The notes under the pieces were generated by a model. That model did not search any database. It was not told where the DNA came from and saw only the letters and a list, made by a program, of their open reading frames with translations. Position numbers and translations under genes: made by a program. This document shows, one piece after another, positions 17,742 through 28,246 of a stretch of DNA of 64,000 nucleotides; within the stretch, counting starts at the first letter, position 1; each line of letters opens with the position of its first letter. Source of the DNA: an uncultured Thiomicrospira sp. (GTDB lineage Bacteria > Pseudomonadota > Gammaproteobacteria > CAKMZV01). The DNA lies in the NCBI GenBank assembly GCA_965195345.1, contig OZ239628.1, positions 864,001 to 928,000 of the forward strand. The letters run 5' to 3'.

Positions 17742-18650
17742 TTACTTTTCAATAATTGAGAGTTCCTTTCCTCTTTGAAGTACAAAATCTCTAAATGCCC
17801 GCACGACTGGTGAAAGTCTTTTTCCTTTGCAGTGCACTAAATTCCAATGCTTTTGAATAGGTGTGCCGACAATGTCCAGTATGACCAAAGAATTGTTTTG
17901 TAATTCCATGTCAATGGTGTGAATAGAAGACAAGCCAAGCCCAAGACCCGCAGCTACCGCTTTTTTAATTGAATCATTGCTATTTAGTATATGCTCAATT
18001 TTGGGTGTTTTTCCTGTCAGAGAGAAAAAATTTTCAAGAGCTGAACGTGTTCCTGATTCAGGTTCTCTTGCAACAAAGGTTTCATTTTCAATGGCATCAA
18101 GGCTAATGTCTTCTTTTTTTGCAAGTGGATGGTCAGGAGGAGCAATGATTACTAAAGGATTTCTCAGAAATGGTTCTACCACAAGATCTGCACGTTCTGG
18201 CATTTGACCTATGATTACAACATCAACAGTATTATTAACCAAATTTTCTACTAACGTTTTACGATTGGTTACTTCAAAATCGAACTGTACAGAGGGGTGA
18301 ATTTTTCTAAAATCGGCAAGCAAATTTATCGAAAAGTGATTGGCTGTGGTGGTTACTGCTACTTTCAATCGACCTTTTTTTAATCCTCTAAGTGCCTGCA
18401 TCGACTCATCAGCTTCTTCAACGAGTCGTAGAATTGATCGGCTGTAATGACGAAACTCTTCACCTGCTTCAGTTAAGAATACTTTTTTTCCTATAAGCTC
18501 AAATAACGGCAGATTGATTTGATCTTCAAGCTGACGAACTTGCATGGATACTGCAGGTTGACTTAAATAAAGTAGCTCGGATGCTTTTGTATAGCTTGAA
18601 GTTTCGGCAACTTTTTCAAATACTTCAAGTTGTCTTAAAGTTACTCGCAT
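17742..18650 (-). CDS. LysR-family regulator, CbbR/CmpR-like
   Basis: TLRQLEVF...SYTKASELLYLSQPAVSMQVRQLE...GKKVFLTEAG, NPLVIIAPPDHPLA, REPESGTR and GKRLSPV. Confidence 0.85.
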   Translation of the reverse strand: MRVTLRQLEVFEKVAETSSYTKASELLYLSQPAVSMQVRQLEDQINLPLFELIGKKVFLTEAGEEFRHYSRSILRLVEEADESMQALRGLKKGRLKVAVTTTANHFSINLLADFRKIHPSVQFDFEVTNRKTLVENLVNNTVDVVIIGQMPERADLVVEPFLRNPLVIIAPPDHPLAKKEDISLDAIENETFVAREPESGTRSALENFFSLTGKTPKIEHILNSNDSIKKAVAAGLGLGLSSIHTIDMELQNNSLVILDIVGTPIQKHWNLVHCKGKRLSPVVRAFRDFVLQRGKELSIIEK

Positions 18651-18904
18651 TTAGACGGTTTGTATTGAATTTATTCCTATTGGCAACGAGGTGGTATTAT
18701 GACACATTTTGCCTGCGTCAATATACAAGTCCACTTTGTTTGCAAGTTGTTTTCACGATAAAACTACGGCATGGATGGTATTTATGGAGAGTGTGCCAAT
18801 GCACACCATATGACATAGTGTCGAATGAATATTTCTGAATTTAATGAAAATTTGTTATAGTGCGCGATATAAGGTTGAAATCTTTTGACAGAAGGAAAAA
18901 CATT

Positions 18905-19843
18905 GTGGTTTGTAAGTACAAAGTAGTTATGATAGGGCATCGTTTCATAGGGGATATGTTGATGGCTCAGCCTGCTATAGAGTGGTTGTCAGAATGTTCT
19001 GACTTTGAGACATATTTGATTGTTAAAAGCGACAGCGCTTTATGGATTAGTGCGAAATTTTTTCCGAAGAAGTTTATTTTCGTTTGCAAAGATAATAAAG
19101 CTTTGAAGAAAAAATTGATTGAGATTAATGCTAATATTGCCGTTCATTTTGATCGCTCGCTTGGTTCTGTAATTGCATCTGCATTTTCGGGAGTAAGATG
19201 CAGAGTTGGTACAAAGAGTGAGCTGAGGGAGTTTTTGTTGCATACCTATACGCCAATACTACCTAACCAGCATCATGTGGAGAGCAACTTGAAAGTGGTT
19301 GAGTCTTTGTGGAACTATTTGCAAAAAACACACACACATATAAATATTCCCAAATTGAAAAATAGTTTTCCGCGCATAGAAGGTTTTGCTCACTCCTGTG
19401 AAAAATCAGCTGTCATTCATATGGGAACAACGAGAGCTGCAAAAAATCCACCAAAACCGATTTATGTGAGCGTAATAAAACAAATTTTAGATGAAGGATT
19501 TAACATCACTTTAATTGGAGACGATAAAGACGGCGCTAAAGAGCTGATATTAGACTTTCCATCATTGGTCAACATGGTCGGGCAAACGTCACTTGAAGAT
19601 TGGTTTGAGCTAATAGCAAAAGCTTCTGTGGTTGTTAGTCCAGATACTGCGAGCATGCACATTGCTGCGGCATTGGGCATCAGAACAATAGCATTGTTTG
19701 GTAGTACAAATCCTCTTTTAACAGCAGGGCTTGGTAGTCAAGTCAAAGTAGTCAGTCATTCGGTGCCATGTTCGCCGTGTTATAGGGACATTTGCAAATT
19801 TAAAAAGTCTGATCAGCGGCATATGCAGTGCTTTAAAGTTTAA
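18905..19843 (+). CDS. Glycosyltransferase family 9 (LPS heptosyltransferase, WaaF-like)
   Basis: FIGDMLMAQP, NMVGQTSL, SPDTASMHIAAALG, ALFGSTNP and CSPC. GTG at 18905 has aagga upstream; the ORF is open from 18860. Confidence 0.85.
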   Translation: MVCKYKVVMIGHRFIGDMLMAQPAIEWLSECSDFETYLIVKSDSALWISAKFFPKKFIFVCKDNKALKKKLIEINANIAVHFDRSLGSVIASAFSGVRCRVGTKSELREFLLHTYTPILPNQHHVESNLKVVESLWNYLQKTHTHINIPKLKNSFPRIEGFAHSCEKSAVIHMGTTRAAKNPPKPIYVSVIKQILDEGFNITLIGDDKDGAKELILDFPSLVNMVGQTSLEDWFELIAKASVVVSPDTASMHIAAALGIRTIALFGSTNPLLTAGLGSQVKVVSHSVPCSPCYRDICKFKKSDQRHMQCFKV

Positions 19844-19924
19844 CAAAGCAAATATTAGATGCGGTTTCTCGCCTCTAATTTCTAACTTAAAATCACATTT
19901 ATGATGAGCGGTTAAAATAAGTTT

Positions 19925-21058
19925 TTACGATGGAGAATAAGGTTTCGATTTATTAAAGATTACTGATAGCAACCCATTCCCATTGTTAAGGGTGCTAAGT
20001 TTTTGTTCAAAATGTAATGTTAAGATGCTTGAAAATAACATTGAAATGACGACTACAAGCGAGCCAAGCGATAGAGTGGCAAGTCCGCTGACGCCTTGCC
20101 CCACAGAGCAACCTAATGCTAATACTCCACCAACGCCTTGCAAAGCGCAGCCCAAAAACTGTCTTCCTATAGGCATCCATTTTAGATCATTGACTATGTG
20201 AAGCCCGTAGCGCAATTGACTTAGCAGCGACCCGCCGAATACCCCAATAAGCAACACAACTCCAAATGAAATGCTACTAATGGAGAAACCGGATATTGTC
20301 AAGTCGACCCAACTACGCGCTGGACCAATAAATGATAGTCCGCGTAGATCAAGCCCTTTGTGAATAGGCTCTGCCCATTGGGCTGCTTCACGTGCCTCTT
20401 CGCCCACAAAAGAAGTCGTGATAATCCATAATAAAGCAGCAGCAAAACCGATAGTAATCGCTCCACGACTTTCCAAAGAAAAAACTCCCACCTGCTTCAC
20501 TAAAATTAAAATTGCAATCACCGCCAGAAGCAAAATGCTCGATTTAAACCATAATTCTTCAATAGAAAACGTATAGGATAATAATGTTGTTATATCTTGT
20601 GATACTGGGAGCCTGACGGTTGATGCTTCAATAAGAGGTGAGAAAAGGGCGCTTTGGTCGTAAAAAATATATGAGACCACTGCAACAACAAATATACCAA
20701 AGAAACCAGAAGTCTGACCACGTCCAGCACGCACAATCAATCTCATTGGGCAACTGCGTATAATCGCCATACCTATTCCAAAAATTAAACCGCCGATAAT
20801 TAAACGCCCTAATGCTAAGTTAGAAGAGCGGTGGTATATTTCTGAAAAATCCATTTCTCCAAATAACTCAGCACTAACCATTATGCTGGTGCTAATGCAT
20901 AGTGCTAACATCCAAGATTTCAACCGAATATTGCTGCCTCCAAAAACAAAGTCACTGATCGCTCCCGACTGGCAGTATGAGCTTACAGAAGCAGCATATC
21001 CAGCAATTAGTCCAATTACTAAGACAATAGAGAGTAAAGTTAAAATTTCATTTTCCAT
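19925..21058 (-). CDS. YeeE/YedE family sulfur-compound transporter
   Basis: Multi-TM protein with three Cys motifs: SSYCQSGAI, GGLIFGIGMAIIRSC and GVGGVLALGCSVGQG. Confidence 0.85.
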   Translation of the reverse strand: MENEILTLLSIVLVIGLIAGYAASVSSYCQSGAISDFVFGGSNIRLKSWMLALCISTSIMVSAELFGEMDFSEIYHRSSNLALGRLIIGGLIFGIGMAIIRSCPMRLIVRAGRGQTSGFFGIFVVAVVSYIFYDQSALFSPLIEASTVRLPVSQDITTLLSYTFSIEELWFKSSILLLAVIAILILVKQVGVFSLESRGAITIGFAAALLWIITTSFVGEEAREAAQWAEPIHKGLDLRGLSFIGPARSWVDLTISGFSISSISFGVVLLIGVFGGSLLSQLRYGLHIVNDLKWMPIGRQFLGCALQGVGGVLALGCSVGQGVSGLATLSLGSLVVVISMLFSSILTLHFEQKLSTLNNGNGLLSVIFNKSKPYSPS

Positions 21059-21157
21059 AACGTGAAACCGTTTGCTTATAAAATATTCTTGACGAAAAAA
21101 TGAACAATTGAATTAATTATAATACGTTGTAATTTCAAAAATTAGCTTGCTTGTTGA

Positions 21158-23452
21158 TCATCTATCTAAAATATCGATATTGTTTAGTGTTTTCCAACAC
21201 GCCTCAAACGTAGCAGGGGCGCATAAATTCTGACTGCTTCCAGTGGCATTGAACAAAGCATTTTTTATCGCAAGCCAAACAGAAATGGCAAGCATAAAAG
21301 GAGGTTCTCCAACGGCCTTCGATTTATAAATGGTGTTTTCAAAATTACTGTTATTCGGACGAATGTTTACGTTGAAATGTTTTGGTGTATCACCAATGCT
21401 TGGTATTTTATAGGTAGCTGGACCAGTCGTTGTAAGGCGTCCATCACTGTCCCATTGTAGTTCCTCAGTAGTTAACCACCCCATACCTTGAATAAAACCT
21501 CCAACAATTTGTCCCATATCTATTGCGGGGTTAAGAGAGGAACCAACATCATGCAGTATGTCGACAGCAAGCAGTTTGTACTCGCCAGTTAAGCAATCCA
21601 ATACTACTTCACTTAGTGCGACCCCATATGCGTAGTAATAGAATGGGGAACCTTTTGAAGTCGCAACATCAAAATGGATTTTGGGTGTTTTATAAAATCC
21701 ATTGCTAAACAGTTCAACTCGATTGGTGTAGGCTAAATGAATGAATTCATGAAAACTAAATTGTTTGTTGCCGATGTACACGGAAGATTCTTGGAAAATA
21801 ATTTCTTCCAGCTGAACAGCAAAGTGTTCTTTAGCAAAATGGATAAGATTATTCTTGATCTTCATACAAGCGTTGTACGTTGCCATGCCATTGAGATCAG
21901 AGCCAGAAGAAGCGGCAGTGGCAGAGGTGTTGGGAACTTTTGCAGTGCTGGCAGCCGATACTTTAATGGCGTCCAAGGTTACGCCAAAGACTTCGGCTAC
22001 AATTTGTGCGACTTTTGTATAAAGTCCTTGTCCCATTTCTGTGCCACCATGATTTACATAAATACTGCCGTCATGATATATATGAACGAGCGCACCCGCT
22101 TGATTAAGAAAAGTAGTTGTAAATGATATGCCAAACTTTACGGGGGATAATGCCAGTCCTTTTCTAAGGTACTTATTTTCTTTATTAAAGGCATCAATAG
22201 CCAAACGCCTCATTGCATAATCAGTATCGTTTATTAATTCTTCAGTTAGTTCCGATATGATGTTGTCTTCTATGACCTGCCCATAATGTGTTAAATTTTG
22301 AGGAGATTGTTTGCCATAATAATTGATTCGACGTATTTCGAGAGCATCCTTACTCAGAATTTGTGCGATGTTTTCAATGATGTTTTCTATTGCTAACATG
22401 CTTTGTGGGGCACCAAATCCTCTAAATGCAGTGTTGGATGCCGTATTCGTTTTGCATAAGTGTCCAGTGAAATGAGCGTTAGGTAAGTAATAGCAATTAT
22501 CGGAGTGGAAAAGGGTACGAGAGACAATGGCAAAGGAAAGATCAAGTGCGTAGCCACAACGAGCATAGTAATCTATTTTAACCCCGAGAATACGCCCATC
22601 ATCATCGAAGCCTACATCGTATTCAACATGGAAATCGTGACGTTTTCCAGTTAATTTAAAGTCCTCATTGCGAGGCAGTCGCGCTTTAACTGCACAATTA
22701 TTCCTTTTTGCGAATAAAGCGCAGATGCACGCAAGCTGACTTGAGTCGGTTTCCTTTCCGCCAAATGCTCCACCCATGCGACGATTTACTATTTCGACAC
22801 TGTGCTGAGCAACACCTAATATGTGTGCTACAAGGTGTTGTACTTCTGTTGGATTTTGTGTCGAGGAGTGCACCAACATTTGTTTATCCTCAAGTGGTAT
22901 GGCAAGAGCTGCTTGAGACTCAAGATAAAAGTGTTCCTGTCCGCCAATAGTAAACGTGCCCTTTAGGTTCTCAGGCGCATTTTTAATGGCACTCTCCGCG
23001 CTTCCAGATTGCATGACAATCGGTTCACGTAAAAAACTTGAAGCATTTTTAGCATCAAGTGGCGTAACAATTGGGGTATGTGACGTAATGTCGGCACGAA
23101 TTAATTTTGCAGCAAGTTGCGCTTGCTCTTCGCTTTTAGCAAGGATAGCGCATAAGGCTTGTCCGTAGAAAGACACATCGTTTTGTGCTAACAAAGGAGT
23201 ATCTTTTATTACTGGACCAATCAAATTATAGGTGATGTCTTCTGCTAGAAGAATATCTACAACACCTTCTACATTACGAGCATCTTCCAAATGAATGGCA
23301 TTTATAGTACCTTTTGCATATTGGCTTGTTGCAAAAGCAACATGTTTTGTTCCGATAGGTGCCGTTATGTCATCAACATAAATTGCTTCTCCACTGACAT
23401 GTTGCCATGCACTTTCGTGGTGCCTTTCAGATCCGATGATTGGTGCTTTCAT
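21158..23452 (-). CDS. xdhB: Xanthine dehydrogenase molybdopterin subunit
   Basis: HESAWQHVSGEAIYVDD, GGQEHFYLE, RRMGGAFGGKE, TAFRGFG and SKAVGEPP. Likely ATG at 23452; the ORF is open from 23470. Confidence 0.95.
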   Translation of the reverse strand: MKAPIIGSERHHESAWQHVSGEAIYVDDITAPIGTKHVAFATSQYAKGTINAIHLEDARNVEGVVDILLAEDITYNLIGPVIKDTPLLAQNDVSFYGQALCAILAKSEEQAQLAAKLIRADITSHTPIVTPLDAKNASSFLREPIVMQSGSAESAIKNAPENLKGTFTIGGQEHFYLESQAALAIPLEDKQMLVHSSTQNPTEVQHLVAHILGVAQHSVEIVNRRMGGAFGGKETDSSQLACICALFAKRNNCAVKARLPRNEDFKLTGKRHDFHVEYDVGFDDDGRILGVKIDYYARCGYALDLSFAIVSRTLFHSDNCYYLPNAHFTGHLCKTNTASNTAFRGFGAPQSMLAIENIIENIAQILSKDALEIRRINYYGKQSPQNLTHYGQVIEDNIISELTEELINDTDYAMRRLAIDAFNKENKYLRKGLALSPVKFGISFTTTFLNQAGALVHIYHDGSIYVNHGGTEMGQGLYTKVAQIVAEVFGVTLDAIKVSAASTAKVPNTSATAASSGSDLNGMATYNACMKIKNNLIHFAKEHFAVQLEEIIFQESSVYIGNKQFSFHEFIHLAYTNRVELFSNGFYKTPKIHFDVATSKGSPFYYYAYGVALSEVVLDCLTGEYKLLAVDILHDVGSSLNPAIDMGQIVGGFIQGMGWLTTEELQWDSDGRLTTTGPATYKIPSIGDTPKHFNVNIRPNNSNFENTIYKSKAVGEPPFMLAISVWLAIKNALFNATGSSQNLCAPATFEACWKTLNNIDILDR

Positions 23453-24902
23453 GATAGGTACTTTGGGCAAGATTAGTTATTGGTTGACCATCAAGTTGCA
23501 TTAAACTTTTGAAAACCAGCTGGGCTGCCATATCAAGTCGATACGCAGCACTAGCGCGCATATCGCTGATTGGAGTAAAGCCTTCATTTAAAATATTGTG
23601 CAATTCTTTTTTGATGTCAATGCGGGTTAATACTTCAGTTAATTCTTGCCCTTGTAGAAAGGCCTCTAAATGTTTTGATCGTTTAGGGATTTCAGCCATA
23701 CCGCCAAAGGCAATGGAGCAATATTTGATTGTATTTTCAACCAATGTTGCGTTAAATGCACACGAGACGGTAGAAATGTCATCATCGTATCTTTTCGATA
23801 TTTTGTGCATGATTAGATGCTGGTTTTTCTGTGCTTTAGGAATGCTTATTCTTTGTAGAAAAGCATCGGGAGAAAGTGCTGTTTTTTTGTAGCTTAGGTA
23901 AAAATCTTGAAGAGAGATTTTTTTGTCGCCGTGAGCATCGGTGAGTATGATGTGTGCACCAAGCGCAATAAAAGCAGGAGGTAAGTCGGCTATTGGAGAA
24001 GCATTGACTATGTTTCCGCCCAAAGTGCCCCAGTTTCGGATTTGATCAGAGGCGAAACGTTGTATGTAGGAAATAAAAGTTGGGAATTGTTTTATCAAAT
24101 GAGGTTGTGCATCGGTCAGAGAAACCATAGCACCAAAAACAATCATGTTATCTTGTTCTGTGATTTGTTTTAATTCTTCAACATGTTGTAAGCTAATAAT
24201 GTGATCAAAACGGTTGTGCAACTGGGTTAGTTCAAGGTTTAAATCAGTTCCTCCAGCGAGGATGCGAGCTTTGGGGTACTTGGCAATGCATTTGACAACG
24301 CTGTCAATGGATGTTGGATACGACACGTCGCTTACGTGGCGTTTGGCATTATTGATCTCTTGGAGTTTTTTGAAAATATCTTGTTGATTGCTGAGATAGT
24401 AATCAACGAAGCCTTGACGTTTTAATTCAAAAGAAGCAAGAGCAGATTCAATAATTGATCGATAACCTGTGCAACGACATAAATTGCCTGCAAGAGCACT
24501 CTCTATAATCTGTAAATTCGCATCATCACGATTTTGAAACAAGCAAAAGAGCGACATAATGAAACCTGGGGTGCAAAATCCGCATTGTGAACCGTGATAT
24601 TTGACCATAGTTTGTTGCACGGGATGAGTTTGTTCACCATCCTTCAACCCTTCAACAGTAATTAAGTGCTTGCCAGCCAATATGGATGATGAAGCAATGC
24701 AGGTATTGATGCTACGGTATCGTACGCCAGTGCCAATGCATTCTCCAATGACGGCTGTACAAGCACCGCAGTCGCCTGAAGCGCAACCCTCTTTAGTGCC
24801 TATCCACCCTTGTTGTCGAAGTAACTGTAGTACGGTAGTGTTGGCACAAGGTGTTGTAATCTTAATGGGTTGAGATTGTCGATTAAAAAGATACTGCATC
24901 AA
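23427..24902 (-). CDS. xdhA: Xanthine dehydrogenase Fe-S/FAD subunit
   Basis: GTKEGCASGDCGACT, QCGFCTPG, GNLCRCTGY, AGGTDL and KISKRYDDDIS. Confidence 0.95.
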   Translation of the reverse strand: MMQYLFNRQSQPIKITTPCANTTVLQLLRQQGWIGTKEGCASGDCGACTAVIGECIGTGVRYRSINTCIASSSILAGKHLITVEGLKDGEQTHPVQQTMVKYHGSQCGFCTPGFIMSLFCLFQNRDDANLQIIESALAGNLCRCTGYRSIIESALASFELKRQGFVDYYLSNQQDIFKKLQEINNAKRHVSDVSYPTSIDSVVKCIAKYPKARILAGGTDLNLELTQLHNRFDHIISLQHVEELKQITEQDNMIVFGAMVSLTDAQPHLIKQFPTFISYIQRFASDQIRNWGTLGGNIVNASPIADLPPAFIALGAHIILTDAHGDKKISLQDFYLSYKKTALSPDAFLQRISIPKAQKNQHLIMHKISKRYDDDISTVSCAFNATLVENTIKYCSIAFGGMAEIPKRSKHLEAFLQGQELTEVLTRIDIKKELHNILNEGFTPISDMRASAAYRLDMAAQLVFKSLMQLDGQPITNLAQSTYHESTNHRI

Positions 24903-25237
24903 CTGCCACGATAAGTTGAGTAGGAAAATGGAGAAATAAGCAGAGGAATATGATAATTTGCAGAGTCATCGTCAACTTGAAAACGGATGATGACATCATC
25001 AAGAAATGGGCTATGTACGTTGTTATCCGTGTAGTATCTGCCTACATCAAATACTATTTCATAGCTACCAATTTCTAACGACGATAATAACGGTTTATCG
25101 CAGCGGCCATCATTGTTGGTGCGTACTTTTGTAATTAAAGTCGATTGGTCGCCGTTCCTTTTATAAAGAGCGAGGGTAACGTTGGATGCTGGTTTTCCAA
25201 TCATAGTGTCGAGGACGTGTGTGCTTATTTTACTCAT
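24899..25237 (-). CDS. uraH: 5-hydroxyisourate hydrolase
   Basis: STHVLDT and C-terminal YHIPLLISPFSYSTYRGS. Confidence 0.95.
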   Translation of the reverse strand: MSKISTHVLDTMIGKPASNVTLALYKRNGDQSTLITKVRTNNDGRCDKPLLSSLEIGSYEIVFDVGRYYTDNNVHSPFLDDVIIRFQVDDDSANYHIPLLISPFSYSTYRGS

Positions 25238-25243
25238 ATAGAA

Positions 25244-26554
25244 CTACCTATTCTGATTTCTCTTGCTGTACTGTATTTTGCCGCATATATGTGTTTCGCT
25301 AATGAGTCTATCATCACCTAACATCATCAAAGCAAACAATTTTTCTTCAATTTTTGAAGTGACACTTAATCGTTCTTTGATCAATTCGGTTGCTTCAAGA
25401 TCGATAACGATAAAGTCCGCTTCTTTGCCTTTTTCAAAATTCCCAAGACAATCGTCAATGCTAAGTACCTTAGCAGCACCTAATGTGGTCAAATAAAAAG
25501 CTTTACTCGCTTCGAGACTGTATCCCTCTAATTGACATATTTTATAAGCTTGGTTCATTACATCGAACATTGAAAAAGAATCGCCTCCGCCAATGTCGCT
25601 TGCCAAAGCACATTCAATGCCGAACTTTTCAAGTTGCGCCAAATCAAAAAGCCCACTGCCCAGGAATAAGTTTGAAGAGGGGCACAGAGCAACTTTTGAA
25701 CCGCTATCACCAAGTAGTTTTAGCTCATCCATTTGATTGTGTATGCAATGTCCAAATACAGAGTGTTCGGACAAAATTTCGTAAGTATCATACACATCAA
25801 GATAGTTTTTATTATCAGGATAGAGCTTTTTCACCCAATTAATCTCGTCAACATTTTCATTAATATGCGTTTGTAATAGGACACTTTTCTGTGTTGCATT
25901 TCCTTGAAACTCTTTTAGCAATAGTCCCGCTAACCGAAGCTGTTCAGGAGAGGAGGTGGGTGCAAAACGAGGAGTTACTGAATATAACAATCGTCCATTG
26001 CAGTGCCATTTTTCAATAAGTTCTTTTGAGTGGCGATAACTCGTTTTAGCCTCATCACAAAGAGGCTCTGGTGCGTTTCGGTCCATCATGACTTTGCCAC
26101 CCAACATGCGCATGTTGCGTTCAATAGCTTCTTCAAAATAGGCATCAACAGAATGTACATGTGAGGTGCAAAAAGACATAGCAGTTGTTGTGCCATTACG
26201 CAAAATTTCTTCAAAAAATAATTTGGCAATTTCCTTGGCATAGCTTGCATTACAAAATTTCTGCTCTTCTACAAAAGTATAAGTATTGAGCCAATCGATT
26301 AATTTCTTGCCGTAAGAACCGATAATTTTATATTGAGGGTAGTGGAGATGTGAGTCAATAAAACCGGGCATAATTAACGCGTTTTGATACTCGGTGAATG
26401 GCGCATTAACAAATTGAGTATAAATATCATCAAAAGCCCCAACTTGTTCAATTTTTCCATCTTTGACGACCAATAATCCGTCTTCAAAAAACTCAAAATG
26501 CGTAGCATTTAAAGAATGAAAAATCGCTGCTCTGAATAGTTTCAAATTATTCAT
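25244..26554 (-). CDS. guaD: Guanine deaminase
   Basis: PGFIDSHLHYPQ, VTPRFAPTS, QTHINEN and CPSSNLFLGSG. Likely ATG at 26554. Confidence 0.95.
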   Translation of the reverse strand: MNNLKLFRAAIFHSLNATHFEFFEDGLLVVKDGKIEQVGAFDDIYTQFVNAPFTEYQNALIMPGFIDSHLHYPQYKIIGSYGKKLIDWLNTYTFVEEQKFCNASYAKEIAKLFFEEILRNGTTTAMSFCTSHVHSVDAYFEEAIERNMRMLGGKVMMDRNAPEPLCDEAKTSYRHSKELIEKWHCNGRLLYSVTPRFAPTSSPEQLRLAGLLLKEFQGNATQKSVLLQTHINENVDEINWVKKLYPDNKNYLDVYDTYEILSEHSVFGHCIHNQMDELKLLGDSGSKVALCPSSNLFLGSGLFDLAQLEKFGIECALASDIGGGDSFSMFDVMNQAYKICQLEGYSLEASKAFYLTTLGAAKVLSIDDCLGNFEKGKEADFIVIDLEATELIKERLSVTSKIEEKLFALMMLGDDRLISETHICGKIQYSKRNQNR

Positions 26555-27728
26555 TTGTTTTAAATTGTAAAATCCATTGTGCCAAAAGCACTCTTTCAGC
26601 ATCGGTCATTTTAGTTATATTGTTAAAAGGCATCGATTGGGTAGCAATTGTGCGTGCGTAGATGGCGTCAACGGATGCTTCTATTTGAGCTTGTGTATCG
26701 AGTTTAAATCCAGCGGGAGCTGTTTTGAATAACTGATCGATTGGAGAGGATGAATGACAGGTCACACATCTTTGGTGAATGATTTTTTTAATAACACCAA
26801 AGTGAACATGCTGATTATTTTCTACTTGTAATGTAGGTGGTTTGAGACCAAATATAAGACCAGCAAGCAAGAGAATGATGACGCTGATATGTCCCTTTAC
26901 AGGTTTATTTTCACTGTACAAATTGAATACATGGCGGATCACCATGGCGAGTATGCAAACTAATGAGAGAACCACCCAGTTATTTTCCACTTCATATATG
27001 AATGGAAAATGTCCGCTTATCATGAGAAAAACGACAGGAAGAGTGAAATAGTTATTGTGGCGTGAGCGAATGTAGCCTTTATAACCCAGTCGTTTGCTAA
27101 CAGGGGTTTTGTTAGTGCAGGCTTGAATGAGTTTTTTCTGGATAGGAATGATAACAAAAAAAACGTTTGCAACCATTATTGTTCCGATCATTGCACCAAT
27201 TTGGATAAACAATGCGCGAGATGTGAAAAAATGGTGATAGAAATACGCGGCAAAAGTAAATATTGTAATAATAATTGCAATCATTACATTGTGATTACTT
27301 GCAATCTTACTACGACATAAAAGGTCATAAATAACCCATGTGATGAATATTCCAGAAATGCTTAGAATACATGCCACCAAAGGGCTCATTCCGTTATCGG
27401 TAGCAATGAGGTAGGAAGAAGCGTTGAGATAATACACGACAGCGAGCAATGCCATGCCACTTAACCAAGTAACATAGGCTTCCCACTTAAACCAATGAAG
27501 AGGAGAGGGCAAGTCATCGGGGTAGGTGGTGTATTTCTCAAGGAAATAGAAGCCACCACCATGTACAGCCCAAAGTGTGCCTGCAATGCCTTGTCGTTGC
27601 GGTGGTTTGCGGTTGAGTTTGTTCTCAAGTGCATTGAAGTAAAAAGATGCTCCAATCCAAGCAATACCCGCAATGATATGCAGAAATCGTAGACTGAGGT
27701 GAAGCCAATCAATTAAATAAGCACTCAT
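26547..27728 (-). CDS. puuD: Membrane urate hydroxylase with C-terminal cytochrome c
   Basis: HIIAGIAWIGASFYF, WAVHGGGFY, LHWFKWEAY, RSRHNNYFTLP and CVTCH. Confidence 0.92.
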   Translation of the reverse strand: MSAYLIDWLHLSLRFLHIIAGIAWIGASFYFNALENKLNRKPPQRQGIAGTLWAVHGGGFYFLEKYTTYPDDLPSPLHWFKWEAYVTWLSGMALLAVVYYLNASSYLIATDNGMSPLVACILSISGIFITWVIYDLLCRSKIASNHNVMIAIIITIFTFAAYFYHHFFTSRALFIQIGAMIGTIMVANVFFVIIPIQKKLIQACTNKTPVSKRLGYKGYIRSRHNNYFTLPVVFLMISGHFPFIYEVENNWVVLSLVCILAMVIRHVFNLYSENKPVKGHISVIILLLAGLIFGLKPPTLQVENNQHVHFGVIKKIIHQRCVTCHSSSPIDQLFKTAPAGFKLDTQAQIEASVDAIYARTIATQSMPFNNITKMTDAERVLLAQWILQFKTNE

Positions 27729-28246
27729 AAAAAAATTCGTGCTTTAGGTTCATTGAAGTAGTGCTCAATACAAATTTGTTCAGGACGTGTTGGTGTATTT
27801 GTATCAGCGCGATCAATGACAATGAAAGCTTCATCGTCAAGTGAACTAATCAATGGATAATGCCATGTATTGCGATGGAAATTGATACCTTGTTTACCGT
27901 TTGTTGTGAAGGATGTAATGCTTTCAATATCCGGTTCAGTATCTCCTTGAGCAACCACAACAATAAATGGATGGGCGCTTTTTGGTATAAAAGCTTGGCT
28001 GAATGGATGTTTTTCTAACATGTCTATGTAGATAGGAGAGGGGCGTTTAAAACCAATAAATAAATGAACGCCAGTTCGACCATTCAAAAATGATGAATCA
28101 ATATTAGTAAGGTTAGCGTATTTTTTAGTGTATCCATTGTTGATGAGAGTGTGTGGCTTGTTCTCGATAGTAATGATTTCTCCAAAGGGGGCAAATTTTT
28201 TTTCGCTAATTGGTTGCGCTACTAAATTTATCATTGTCGATTTCAT
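27725..28246 (-). CDS. allA: Ureidoglycolate lyase
   Basis: FAPFGEII, MLEKHPFSQAFIP and QGINFHRNTWH, plus operon context. Confidence 0.88.
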   Translation of the reverse strand: MKSTMINLVAQPISEKKFAPFGEIITIENKPHTLINNGYTKKYANLTNIDSSFLNGRTGVHLFIGFKRPSPIYIDMLEKHPFSQAFIPKSAHPFIVVVAQGDTEPDIESITSFTTNGKQGINFHRNTWHYPLISSLDDEAFIVIDRADTNTPTRPEQICIEHYFNEPKARIFL

